A stretch of 64,000 nucleotides of DNA. It comes from Octopus sinensis. Lineage: Eukaryota. Position 1 is the stretch's first letter. Every line of letters begins with the position of its first letter. This document shows positions 38,418 to 50,966 of the stretch, piece by piece. Position numbers and translations under genes: made by a program. Location of the stretch: assembly GCF_006345805.1 (NCBI RefSeq), contig NC_043001.1, forward strand, positions 107,136,001-107,200,000, in the 5' to 3' direction. The notes below the pieces were generated by a model. The model saw only the letters and a program-made list of their open reading frames with translations. It was not told the DNA's origin and made no database searches.

Positions 38418-38812
38418 CTAGCAGTATCGCCCGGCGTTGCTCGGGTTTGTAAGGGAAATAACTATATAAGAATTTTTAGAGATGTAAAGTATAATAGCCA
38501 TCTCAATATGGCTAACCACAAAGTGGGGTGTTACTGTAGCTTTTTACGTTCTGAGATTTAATAATAAATTTTTAGAGAGTTACTTCCCTTATATATGCCA
38601 AAAATGCATTAAAAATGTGAAAAATTGATGGTAAACTTTTTTTTTAATCGTAGACTCATCGTAGACGCGCGCTAATACCCAGAAGCGCTCGATATGAATC
38701 ACGACTATAAGATACCCGGTATTGGTTAAACTGCACCGCAAAATGTGGGAGTAGTTAGGAATCTAAATCGTAGGAGACAGACAGCACACAACCTCTCTTT
38801 TATATATAAAGA
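38418..38812 (-). mobile_element. Non-autonomous Helitron
   Basis: On -: A|TCTTTATATATA...cccgagcaacgccggg hairpin...CTAG|T. Confidence 0.85.
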
Positions 38813-38834
38813 TTTCCAATGCAAAGATATAAAA

Positions 38835-40185
38835 GTGACGACGAATTGTTCGAAGCTTGCGTTGGACGTTAAAAATGTTTTGGTGCGAAACCAAAGAAAA
38901 ATTCATTTAACATGGAAAAGTTATTGGTATCAGTGGTGAAGTTGCAACAGCAACAGTAGCAACAACAACACCAAATACAGGCGCAGCAACAACAGCAGTT
39001 ACAGCAGTGACTACAACAGCAACAGCAGCAACTACAACTGCAACAATAAAATCAACAGTTGCTGGAATTAATGCTGAAGGAATCTGAAAATACTTGAGAT
39101 TCGTACACGCCAGACAGCGAAGCAAATTCAATTGAAGAATTCAGCTATAATCCAGAAGGTATTACCTTCTCTGCATATTTTGGTATATACGAAGAAATCT
39201 TCAAAGAAGAGTGTAAAAATTGGATCAATGAGAAAAAAAGTACGGCTACTTTTCAGAAAGTTATCCCCAGCCGAACACGAAAACTATTGTAATTATATTC
39301 TGCAGAAGAAACCAGGTAAGATTTGTTTCGATAAAACAATAATTTATCCAAAATTTTCATTGAAAGAAGTTCCCTGTTGAGCACTCTCTGGCAATGTTTA
39401 AATTTGGTCATAAAAGATTATGAAGATTTCGTCACCTATGCCGGAGTGGATAATAAAGTGTGTTTGAAATTCAAATTGAATGAATTGACCCGGCATGTTC
39501 AAATCTTTCATTTTTGTTCAGGGGCTTACTGCAAGCAAAGATGCAAATATACGTTCCTGGATATTAACAAAATTAAAACTGGACCAAAATTTAACTCAAG
39601 AGGCTGTAGCAGAAGAATGTCAAAGTATTATTAATCTACGACATGACGCAAATAAAACTGGGGAGAAAGATTGCTTTCAGATTCAAGCATGTCGACCAGT
39701 AACGAATAAGAAACAAAGGGAAACATGTGAAAACCGAATCCATGTTATGAATGCAGTGGTCTACATTTCAAAAATAACTGTCTGTTTAAAAATATAAACT
39801 GCTTCAAGTGTGGTAAAATAGGCCACAAAAAAACGGTTCAACAGAAAAAATCGAGTAAACGGATTATCGGTTAGAGAAAATACGAACGAGCCTCAAAGAA
39901 AATTTGTGTATGTAAAAATTAATAATACAAACGTAAAGTTACAATTGGATACCAGCAGTGACATCTCAATAATTAACATAGATACTTGGCAAAAGATCGG
40001 GAGACCTAAATTAAAGGAAACTTCAAAAATTACCCGTAGTGTTTCAGGAAAAAAATTATATTTTAAGGATGAATTGATAAGTAACATTAAATTTCGTGAA
40101 AAAGCTTAAAAGCTAAAGTGTTTGTGTTAGATAATGCTACAAACGTGTTCAGTACTGACTGGATGGAATTATTTAACTTATGCGA
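38835..40185 (+). pseudogene. Ty3/Gypsy (K02A2.6-like) gag-protease relic
   Basis: IEEFSYNPEGITF..KVRLLFRKL..YCNYIL; CFKCGKIGH zinc knuckle; VKLQLDTSSDISII protease; TDWMELF. Confidence 0.8.
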
Positions 40186-40189
40186 CCTT

Positions 40190-40800
40190 TGAGACGAGGA
40201 ACTCTTTCACTGAAGCTCCCACCACCCTTTTGGTTGATGAAGCGTCGCGAGCGCAGGAAGTGAGCCATGAATTGGAATGAATAATAATCCTAACATGCAT
40301 AAGCAGTGTTTAAGCAAAGGCCTGCCTCCGGATCCCGTCGCCAAGCACAAGGAAATGTGGAATAATAAGAGGATAATTCACTACGATTTCGGAACCCTCG
40401 ATGCCAACCTGAACTGCAAACAGCTGGTGCGGATCTATGCCATAGTGCAGTAAAAATAACTGGCATTGGTCAACAGAAAGCAAGCTCTTTTGTAGCATGA
40501 CAATGCAAGATCTCATCTCATTCGAACGACCCGGAATAAACTCCAGGAAATTAACGGAATCGAACTGATGCCATCATATAGTCTGCACCTAGCCCGCACT
40601 GTTTATTACTTGTTCCGATACATGGCTCACTTCCTGTGCTCGTGACACTTCATCAACCAAGAAGAGGTGGCAGCTTCAGTGAAGGAATTTTAATCTTGAG
40701 AAGCAAGAACTGGTATCAACGTGCCATCAAAGAACTAAGAAAAAAGGGGACTTCACTAGGTACAACACAATAGCCACTACTTTGAGTTCTAAGCTGATTT
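40190..40800 (+). pseudogene. Mariner transposase C-terminal relic with inverted partial duplication
   Basis: LVNRKQALL*HDNARSH..SYSLHLARTVYYLF; 40190-40269 is the reverse complement of 40621-40698. Confidence 0.75.
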
Positions 40801-41379
40801 TCTGGTAACTTGAGGAATAAAGCTGTTACCAAAATATTGACAAACTTATTTTTATTTCGTTTTTGTATTTGGTTTCTAAGATTCTTTATGCGAATTCGTG
40901 TGTTGAAGTATATTTTATTGTGTCTGGGGAGAGTCCTTTTCTTTTGTTGCTTTATTGTTTAACACACTCACCTGTTCGATTTCCACTTATTTACTTCTTT
41001 ATCTCTTCTAAAATTTTCGTATGTATGCATGCATGCATGCATATACATATGCATGTATGTTTATGCATGTACGTGTGTATGCATATATATATGTATGTGT
41101 GTGAGTGCGTCTGTATGTATGTATTCTGCATATTCATGTGTTTGTATTGTATGCTCATGTTTGTGCGCTTGTATGTGTGTGTGTGTGTTTGTATGTGTGT
41201 GTGTGTATTTGTGTGTGTACTTCTGTCTCCTTGTGTGTGCATGTTTGAGTGTGTCTATCTGCATGGGTTTGTGTGACTATGTACGTGCGTCTGTTATATA
41301 TGGATGTGTGTCTCCACATGTGTCCTTGTGTGCGTGAGTGTGAAGTGTGCGTGTGTGTATATATGGTCATGTGTTTCAG

Positions 41380-41706
41380 TTATCACCTCCGCCTTAGCGA
41401 AGGCGGAGATATTGTTTTCAGTCGTGTTTGTTTGTTTGTCCCTGGACAACATATGGCTGGATTGGCCTCGTGAATGGCACGAACTGATTAGATTTTGGCA
41501 TCAATCCGGCACCGGACAAGGATTCTGGATTATTTTTCCTGTTTTTTTTTACTTCATTTTTGAGAGCGGTCGGGTTCATTTTTAGTATTCTCGTTTGTGA
41601 GAGTAGTCGAGTTTATTTCAGATATTTAACAATCAACTCCAGCTAATCGTGGAGAAGACATTGGTGTTGCCTTGGCGGCGGTTTGCGCTCTCTTAGTGTT
41701 CTTGTT
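41380..41706 (+). mobile_element. Helentron/HINE-type non-autonomous element
   Basis: tatcacctccgcc-ttagcgaa-ggcggag 5' palindrome; 3' ccttggcggcggtttgcgctctcttagtgttcttgtt with subterminal IR. Confidence 0.7.
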
Positions 41707-42251
41707 TTTATTATTTTAGGTGTTATCATATATAAAACAAGAAATACTATAACTGCCTATATATATCCTAGGTTGTAAAAACTTCATTGTCACATCCTGT
41801 TTACAATTCAAGCTAATACGTTAGCCTCATGATCATGACTTCTTAATATTACAAGCAAGCTGAAACGAGTTTTGCGAAGATCTATGAAGAATGTTTTATT
41901 TAGACTACCGGTTCTGACCTCTATAATCACTTCTTAAGAAAGAAGACATTGTGAGAGGCAGACTTTTAAAATCAGCACTGAATCTATCACAAATAGGATA
42001 TTCTCACAAATACCTTTGTTATCCACATATCTATTGGCACAGAAAACAATTCGAATGACTGGGCTTCTTTTAACCCAACCACCTACAGGGCAACAAAGTA
42101 ATAATATGTCCAGCAAACTTCCCATGCATGTGAAACAAATATTTATTTCAATGTAAATTTATGCACATTCAAACACAATTCCTTTTCACTGGAAATTATT
42201 CGTGAGAAAAATAGTTTTAATAGTTAATTATAAAATAGCAATGTAGTTGTA

Positions 42252-42850
42252 TATAAGAGGTACCCAAAAGTAAGTGAAAACGTTCTCTGTGGAACAAATT
42301 CGCTGGAACCACTTGATGCGATCCTCACGCAGCAGTCTTCCTACCGGTGTCATGCAGTGTGGTCGTACTGCCACGTGGAGCGCCTTTGTTCTGCAGTGCT
42401 TCTCCCTGTTCGTTTGCTATGGATGAAACGAAAGAACAGCGTGCTTTTGTGAAATTCTGTTTTCTGCTGGGGTAAACGGCGGCTGAAACAGTTGTCATGC
42501 TTCAAACAGCTTACTAGGACGCTGCCATGAGCCAAACACAAGTTTACGAGTGGTTTTCACGCTTTAGGAATGGTGACTTGTCGCCGCTTGAAGACTAATC
42601 ACGTTCAGGACGACCGTCGACCTCCCGAACTAATGAAAACATCATGAAAATTCATGAACTGATTTTGGAGCACCGTCACTGAACAAATGACGTTGATATT
42701 ACTAGTGTGTCCTGGAGCGCCTGCTAACGATTTTTGAGTGTAGGATTGCGAATGAAAAGAGTTGCAGCCAAATGTGTGCCTCGCTTGTTCACGGAAGATC
42801 AAAAGCAGTCACGACTGAATCCGTGACGTGAACTGAAAGAACAGTTGGAA
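42252..42850 (+). pseudogene. Mariner 5' half (HTH region)
   Basis: MDETKEQRAFVKFCF..SQTQVYEWFSRFRNG..RSGRPSTS..AAKCVPRLFTEDQKQSR. Confidence 0.8.
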
Positions 42851-42939
42851 AAGAGTTACCTGTATCATGATTATTCGTGATGGGTACCAAAATGCCAATT
42901 TCAGGATTTCTGTTCAATATTCTATAAATAGTGCAAAAG

Positions 42940-43250
42940 CTGTAAGACGTGACAAGGATCGCAACAACGGAGACTACGAAGCCGTGGCCGAAACAGAGAG
43001 ACTCAGCAGGCGTTTCGATTGCGTCTGCACGACGGGGTTTATCCCTATACCTTGGATCAGGGCTTAGGGTCAATTCAGACGGCTATGTGAAGCTGCTGGA
43101 TGACTGCGGTCAAACTCTAGCTGGAGAGGGTTGTTGCTGGAAAGCTATATGAGTAGCAGAAGGATTCGGATCTTTGCCATACCTCCGGAAACAGTCAGAA
43201 GTGGTTGTCAGATAATTTATTCTACAACACCAGCTCCTGGAGGAGCGTAT
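42940..43250 (+). pseudogene. Tc1/maT-like DDD catalytic fragment
   Basis: GYVKLLD..LERVVAGKLYE*QKDSDLCHTSGNSQKWLSDN resembles the QQDSAPCH motif. Confidence 0.55.
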
Positions 43251-43429
43251 ATTTTAAATGAAAAAAGAACCTTGTTTCTCTTAATTTTGAAAAGTAAAAT
43301 TATAAAAAACCGCATTATTTATGGGACGACCCAATATTTATGTAATAAAAAATGTGGAAGTATCACAAACAGAATTTTTCAACATACCAACAGGCATCAA
43401 TCCTGTGATAGTATATCTTTCATCTTCTT

Positions 43430-43770
43430 TATTTTATCGTATTATTTGATTCAGTCATTAAAGTGTGGCCATGCTGGGGCACCGTTTCGAAGAATTTTCG
43501 TCACACGAATCAACCCTAGTTCTTCATTATTTTCAAAGCCCGCTACTGATTCTATCGATGTCTTTTGTCAAACTGGTTGTCAAGAGGTGATGCAGGACAA
43601 ACACAGACACACATACGAATAGGGATACGACGAGCTTTCAATTTCCGTCTACCAAATTCACTCACGAGGCCAGTGACTCTAATAGAAGACACTTCCCTAA
43701 GGTATCAGGCTGTGGGACTGAACTCGGAAGCGTTGTGGTTAGGAAGCTTACTTCTTAGCACACAGCTACG
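43430..43770 (-). mobile_element. Diverged tRNA-derived SINE
   Basis: Homology to 8624-9040. Confidence 0.7.
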
Positions 43771-43804
43771 TCAATTTTTAAACTTTGTTTGAATTTATAA
43801 TTAT

Positions 43805-43871
43805 TTCTAGATTCGTCGCTCTCGTCGTCGTCATCATCATCATCACCACCACCACCACCACCACCACCACT

Positions 43872-43905
<34 letters not shown>

Positions 43906-43964
43906 CCACCACCACCACCACCACCACCACCACCATCACCACCACCACCACCACCACCGCCACT

Positions 43965-43998
<34 letters not shown>

Positions 43999-44410
43999 CC
44001 ATATACCTGAGTCGTTGAATGGTAAAAATGAAAACTGGAGATGTACCACCAGAAATAGACATCTGTTGGTTGGTGACAGCTGTCGCCCTGGACATAGAGG
44101 ACAAAGCAAACATTCTACAGGTGCGCAAACTGCATAAAAAAAAACTGGTTGAGTTGTCGATTCAAATGGATAAAGAAAACTTAGAACTAATTCCGAATAT
44201 CAGAACTTTGCAACACAACACTAATCTTCACGTGGCCGTTGAGGAAAGAAAGACGAGGTGCCACCTGTGTGCTAAAGGCCTTCTGCATACACCAAAAGAG
44301 AGTAGGGAGCTGCCATATTTGCCAACACCTCCATTCCTACCACCACCACCACCACCACCACCACCACCACCACCACCACCACCACCACCACCACCACCAC
44401 CTCCACCACC

Positions 44411-44452
<42 letters not shown>

Positions 44453-44464
44453 GCAGCAGCAGCA
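43805..44464. repeat. (CAT/CAC)n and (CAC)n(CAA)n(CAG)n microsatellites
   Basis: Direct reading. Confidence 0.95.
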
Positions 44465-44775
44465 GTGGAGGCGCAATGGCCCAATAGTTAGGGCAGCGGA
44501 CTCGCGGTCGGAGGATCGCGGTTTCGATTCCCTGACCGGGTTTTGTGTGTGTTTATTGAGCGAAATCACCTAAAAGCTCCACGAGGTTCCGGCAGGGGGT
44601 GGTGGCGACCCCTGTTGTACTCTTTCGCTCCAACTTTCTCTCACTCTTTCTTCCTGTTTCTCGTCCTCGACTTCCTACTCAACCGCTGAGCCTGGATGTG
44701 CATTCATCAATCCGTCGATGCTCTCGGTGTCGGGGGTTGACCTGCTTTCTCTTCTGCGGGTCTTACGAATAGCAA
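44465..44775 (+). mobile_element. tRNA(Arg-like) SINE with a third type of 3' module
   Basis: Same head as 21454; diverges after ctttcttcctgtttct. Confidence 0.85.
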
Positions 44776-44895
44776 AGTAATAACGTTTCGGACTTCTCCC
44801 ATCTTGCGAGCTCTGGAACGAAGACCGTTCGCTCAACAGCAACAGCAACAGCAGCAACATCAAGAACAACAACAATAGATGCAACAGCAGCAAAC

Positions 44896-45085
44896 GTGGA
44901 GGCGCAATGGACCAGGGGTGAGGGCAGCGGACTCGCGGTCGTAAGAACGCGGTTCGATTCCCAGACCAGGCATTGTGAGAGTTTATTCAGCAAAAACACC
45001 TAAGCTCCACGAGGTTCCGTGGGGTGGGAGTGAACCTCGCTGTACTCTTTCACCACAACTTTCTCTCACTCTTTCTTCCTACTTC
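44896..45085 (+). mobile_element. tRNA(Arg-like) SINE, 3' truncated
   Basis: Head homology. Confidence 0.8.
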
Positions 45086-45595
45086 TGCCACAAAGGCAGA
45101 GGAACCAAGGTGTAACCCACTATGGTGAGGTAAACTTTCAGACCCTAGTCTAGATTGCGAATCCTCTGTACCCCAGGATGGTTCAGCTCTCCACCCGATA
45201 GAAGTCACCGTTTACGGAATGAGGATAACAACATAGCTTTCGCGCCCGTGCAACCACCAGTCTATCGCGTGTGGTGGGTAGATCTTCAAGTTGCCACACG
45301 CATTCTTAGTAGCTTAGAGTAGGCTCGAATTAGAGATTATTCTTTGTGGCTAATGGCGTGAGTCCTGAAGGGAAGAAGAAGAAGAAGAAGAAGAAGAAGA
45401 AGAAGAAGAAGAAGAAGAAGAAGAAGAAGAGAAGAAGAAGAAGAAGAGAAGAAGAAGAAGAAGAAGAAGAAGAAGAAGAAGAAGAAGAAGAAGAAGAAGA
45501 CAGCAGCAAACAAAACAGAGAACTTACTAACATTTCTGTCTTCCACATATAAGACAGCAGCAAAAACAACAGCATCAGAACCTCTCAAAATAAGA

Positions 45596-45783
45596 ATTTT
45601 ATTTCTTTCTTTATTGCCCACAAGGGGTTAAACATAGAGGGGACAAACAAGGGATTAAGTGGATAATATCGACCCCAGTACGCAACTGATACTTATTTAA
45701 TCGACTCCGAAAATGAAAAGCGAAGCCGATCTCGGCGGAATTTGAACTTATAACGTAAAGACAATCGAAATACCGCTAAGCAT
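45596..45783 (-). mobile_element. MetaSINE-like SINE
   Basis: Homology to the 24-kb units. Confidence 0.75.
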
Positions 45784-45809
45784 GTAAAAAGGTTGTTGCA
45801 AAGCCCTTG

Positions 45810-47110
45810 CAGATACTCTTTCAGTGTTGCCTTGCATGTGGTAAACTTCTCAACATGCTAAAAGAGTGTATAATATGCCCTCTCCATAAAAGAGGGATAC
45901 TAAAAACTACAGGCACATCTCTCAGACATCACATGTTAGCAAGACAATGGAACGCATTGTCAGAAAAAGGCTGATCACGTTCCCAGAAGAAAACAACCTT
46001 CTCACAAACACGCAACAAGGCTTCCGTCCAGGAAAGAGCTGCCTCACACCGTTGCTGCAGCACTTTGACTCGCTACTGAAGCAACAGCTAAGCCAGTCAG
46101 CTGTAGATATGATATACCTCGACTTTACCTCGACCTTAGACAAGATTGATCATGGCATGATATATCATATGCTGCAAAACCTTGGTATTCATCATCATTG
46201 TTCGACCGTGGTCGAGACAATGGAATTTACCATGCTACGCCAGACTTCACGGTCCATCATGGCATTACGGAGGTCCTGTTGCTGGATGCCTGTATCCCTG
46301 GAGATTACATCAGGGTAGGAGAGTGTGCGCCCTCTGGTATTGCGAGTAGATGGCTTCCAGAGGAGAAGAGTAGAAATTACCTCTTTTTCAGCTCTACAAC
46401 AATGTCCAGCAAACTGGACTCTCTTACCTTTCACAAGAGATGATACAGGTGGTAGTTTCCCATATATTTGCATTTTGGTTGGATGGCGCTTCCACGAGAG
46501 ATTTTGAGCTCTCATAAGGAGGCGAGTGTAGGTTCCATTCAACCGCTTCTCAAGCTTGGTATTACCAGGAAACTGGTAGAATGGCTGCATGATTTTCTGA
46601 AGGGTAGGAGTCAGACAGCTGTAGCCAATGGTGCTCACTCAGAAGAGACACCAATTCTCATCGGAATCCCACGGGGAACTGTACTGGGGCCACTACTATT
46701 TGCGGTGGCCCTCTCAGACATGCTCTCCGCGGTACAGTCAGCCAATCTGACCAGTTATGCTGACGAGACAAAAGTATCGCAGGCAGTTAAGAGGACATCA
46801 TAGAACTGTAGAAAGACCTGAACGAAATATACAAATGGGCAAAGAAAACCAACATGCAGTTCAATGCTGTGAAATTGCAGGCACTCTACTATCGGCCCAA
46901 CACCGGGCTAAAATCGGAATACACTGGACCAGAACGTAATGCAATCCTAGAGTCAGAGTCGGTGCGTGATCTGGGGGTTCACATGAGCAATGATGCAACA
47001 TTCCATGTGCATATTATCAAGATGGCAACACTGTGCATGCGAGTGGCTGGATGGATTCTGAGGACATTCAGAACCAGGAAAAGGAAGACTTGCTATTCCT
47101 ATGGAAGACT
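45810..47110 (+). pseudogene. CR1/L2-like LINE RT fragment interrupted by an RTE insertion
   Basis: NYRHISQTSH..QQGFRPGKSCLT..YLDFTSTLDK | FLKGRSQ..GIPRGTVLGPLLF..YADETK. Confidence 0.85.
46190..46554 (-). mobile_element. 5'-truncated RTE LINE 3' end with 9-bp TSD
   Basis: YTRLLMRAQNLSWKRH..FAGHCCRAEKE..TLSYPDVISRDTG; (ATG)n tail; TSD cttggtatt at 46181-46189 and 46555-46563. Confidence 0.9.
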
Positions 47111-47260
47111 TTCGTCCTCAACCAGGAATTAAAAGCTCACTTGCCTTAATGTTTCTTCAAACTTCTTTCTACTATTCGCTCCCAGCTTGGGCTACTGAGC
47201 CCGACTATGGTCTCCAGAGAGTGTGAAACTCAAAGCAATCCAATACCAATACACATGCAT

Positions 47261-47299
<39 letters not shown>

Positions 47300-48480
47300 T
47301 ATTAGAGACAAAACCACTATTTTGCAAAACAAACAAGGAAAGACTTAATCAATACATAAAATTTTAATAAATAGTCAAAAAAACCGCCACTACAATCGTT
47401 TCTTGTCTTGATCGACAATCTTCAGGTGGACTTCCAATCTAAAAAATCAAAATTTTAAAATATAAAAATAATAATTTTAAATAATTAAAGTATAAATGAA
47501 AAAATATAAGTATATAATCCATATATAACCTATATATAATCCATCGAAAAAATATAGACAAATTACCACGAATTCCCTAAAAAACCATGATAAAACAAAA
47601 CTCTTAAAAACATATAACGATAAAATCACCCTTTGCTAAACTCTATAACAAACCTATATAGTAATCCCCCTAACCTAAACATTCACACACAAATACACAC
47701 ACGTAAACCACAGACCCACGACTTATACACATACCTATACTAACTTATAAACCTCAATATACACCAAAACCCACTCCCTCCCCACACAGACAAATTAACA
47801 CATACATCCCAAAACCTAAATAACAAACCCATATACACATTCACACACAAACACACACACACACGCAAAACACGCACACACAACAGATACATATACTCCC
47901 TCACATATACGCATATACATACTCACTAAACTCGACATATACAACAATACTTACACACCCACAAAAAACATTATATACATTTATGAGCTTTAACTCACCT
48001 TAGCAGCTCTAACAAACAACTTACAGTAACCCAATCCCATTCTCTATGCCTACCTCACTACTACACTATTCCATTCACAATTCCAAGCAACGCTAGTCCA
48101 CCACCCAGTTATTCACGTGGCAAAACGAACACCACTCAAAAATTATGAATGAAACAATGTAAAAAAATAACCAACATCGAAAATAGACAAATTACCACGA
48201 ATTACCTAAAAAACCATGATAAACCAAAACTCATAAAAGCATATAACGATAAAATCTCCCTTTGCTAAACCCTATAACAAACTTATATAGCAATCCCCCT
48301 AACCTAAACATTCACACACAAATACACACACGTAAACCACAGACCCAAAACTTATACACAAACCTATACTAACTTATATATATTTTATAATATTTTATAA
48401 TATTTTACTATAAAATTGGATTTAATCCTAAATCTGATTTTTTCCCTGTAAATTTGGATTTATTCCCTAATATTTATTAT
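47300..48480 (-). mobile_element. Non-coding HHR-bearing repeat with internal ~200-bp direct repeats (47553-47750, 48180-48378)
   Basis: Flanked by (TA)n; its start is related to 28205-28260; PLE-derived by inference. Confidence 0.55.
47387..47429 (-). ncRNA. Canonical minimal type I hammerhead motif
   Basis: CCAC CTGAAGA TTGTC GATCAA GACAA GAAAC GATT GTA GTGG. Confidence 0.8.
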
Positions 48481-48502
48481 TTATATATATATATAATATA
48501 TA

Positions 48503-48543
<41 letters not shown>

Positions 48544-49413
48544 CGCATAAGCATATTAAAAGGAGGTCATGGGAAAAGTCATTTAAATAAAAGGGGTCTT
48601 TGTTAGTGAAAAGGATGGAAGCCACTGGTATACGCAATTGGTTGAAACTATAAAAGCCTGGCTGTGTGATGAGAACAGAGAGTAAAAGACAGACGCAAAG
48701 TGAAAAATAAGATAGATGTTGCCTGTGACTTCTCTGAGGGAAAAATGAGAGGCATCTTACCTCTGCGACATATGTCGTGTATGAAGAAGGTATAATTCTG
48801 TTTAGAATTTCCTGTTTATTATAATTCCGTAACTAAACTGGTTCAAAGTAACAATGTATATTTCCTAACTTTTCTCGGTTGAAATGTACTTGACCCCAAG
48901 GTTGAATGAAGTTGATATTTAACTCTCATCAATTTCTTTGTGCAAATCTAGAGAATAGTAGAAACATTAAAAAAACACTGAGCTTTTAATTCCAGGTTGA
49001 GGATCCTGGATTTAATACCTTCAGCTATTAATCAGACAGATTCCTCTGTTCACCAAGGGAATATTAACTTTTCTGCACTACACCAGAATAAATCCATAGC
49101 TTTTGAGCTAATTCTGTATTTAGTAAACAGATAGAAACATCTGGTTCTCTCAAACAATATTTTTGCTGACATGAAACATGGGATTTGCTCTATTTGTCTC
49201 ACAACGATCGAATAACTCTTCTAACAATTCATGTGATTGTGCTTATCAAACCACTTTTGCTAATACCTCAGTAAACTATATAAATCTATTTACATAGACA
49301 GCATATTCGCGGCTGTTTCTTCCATTTCCATGGCACGTTGTTTTATTTCAAAGGAATGCTAAATTGTAGAATCTCTCTCGCTGTCTCTCTCTACCTCTGT
49401 CCTCTTGTCTCTG

Positions 49414-49476
<63 letters not shown>

Positions 49477-49739
49477 AAGCAAAGACACAGTATTTCGTTT
49501 TGCTGCCATAACATACTACAGAGTATATCAAATGCCTTACATTTGTGTTACTAGAACTTAGACGATGTTAAATACACACACACACACACACACGCACACA
49601 CACACACACACACAGACACACACACACATATAGGAGTGGCTGTGTGGTAAGTAGCTTTCTTACCAACCACATGATTCCACGTTCAGTCTCACTGCGTGGC
49701 ACCTTGGGTATGTGTCTTCTACTACAGCCTCGTTATCTT

Positions 49740-50615
49740 TCATTATCTCTTAAAGTGTTTGCATTAGGACGATTCCTCAGCGAACCATTTTGAATATAAG
49801 GACCTTTTGTTGTAACAAATGGTTCAGATTCCCTTATTTCAGAATTTCTACAACGTGTTCTTCACTTGTCACTTCCATCGACATTTCAACTAAAGTCTTT
49901 TCAAGGAGGACTTATTTAGTATCCTCAATCACAAAATGGCTCGCGTTTTCTTTGTCCAGTTTAACTTTCGTAGCAACTGGTTCGTTTTCAATTTCAACAC
50001 TTTTCTTTCTTCCTTATCGTATACCTTGTTGTCGGCTGGGCATGTTATATCTATGATCCAGTATAGTTTGTTTTCTTTCTCAATTAATGTCCGGCTTCCT
50101 ATTCTCCATCTCACGGTCGCACCGAATCATAAAATCCCATAGGATCTTTGCATTTCCATTTTTGATGAAGCCTTCAAGTTTGTGGTCGTACCAATTTTTT
50201 GCTCAGTCAAGTCCATACATGCTGCAAAGTGTCCAGTTGTGACCAACCTGTTTTACACCCAGTGTTTCGAGACCTATATTATGTACTTCCTGTTTTAATG
50301 CGTTGATGGTGTTGTTGTTGTTGTTAGAGGGATATTAAACTGTTGTTTCTTGCTGGTTCAGCAATCAATTACGGGCAATCTTATCGATCCGCTTGGTTTC
50401 ATATTGTTCTAGTTGGTTGATTTTGTTTTACCTTAATCTCTTGGTTAATCGTTTATCTTTGGCCATAATTTCGTGTCTATTTATAGCTGTCGTAATGTAT
50501 ATTATTACACATTCTGTTTGTACTTGCTGACGTAAATAAGGCCAGAAAATGTCAGTGTAAGTGGATCGCATACGTCCCACCGCGCGTGTCAGTGACTATC
50601 ATTGTACACACACAT
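49740..50615 (-). mobile_element. Internally deleted RLE-type LINE derivative
   Basis: KLYWIIDITCPADNKVYDKE RLE motif; end blocks match 57160-57540 and 56530-56700. Confidence 0.65.
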
Positions 50616-50966
50616 AAATACATACATACATAAATTCACAAATATGTGTGGGTGCGCCTATGAGGGAAAGGGGAGCAAGAGAAAGAAAAAGGCAAAGAGG
50701 AGGAGAAAAATTGACGGACAGAGAATATTCAGAACAATCAAGAAAAAGGGAAAAAGTCAAGGAGGGGAAAGAATAGATAGATAGATAGATAGATAGATAT
50801 ATAGATTAATCGATAGATAGATAGATATATAGATAGATAGATAAATAGATAGATAGATAGATAGATAGATAGATCGATCGATATATATATAGATAGATAG
50901 ATAGATAGATAGATAGATCGATATATAGATAGATAAATAGTTAGATAGATAGATAGATAGATAGAT

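Noticed and set aside
44019-44573. 184-aa ORF with polyP/polyQ
   Set aside because: Made of (CAC)(CAA)(CAG) microsatellites running into a SINE head; no recognisable domain
44780-44815. GAAACGTT with a small upstream hairpin on the - strand
   Set aside because: Core has at least 2 mismatches and no stem I
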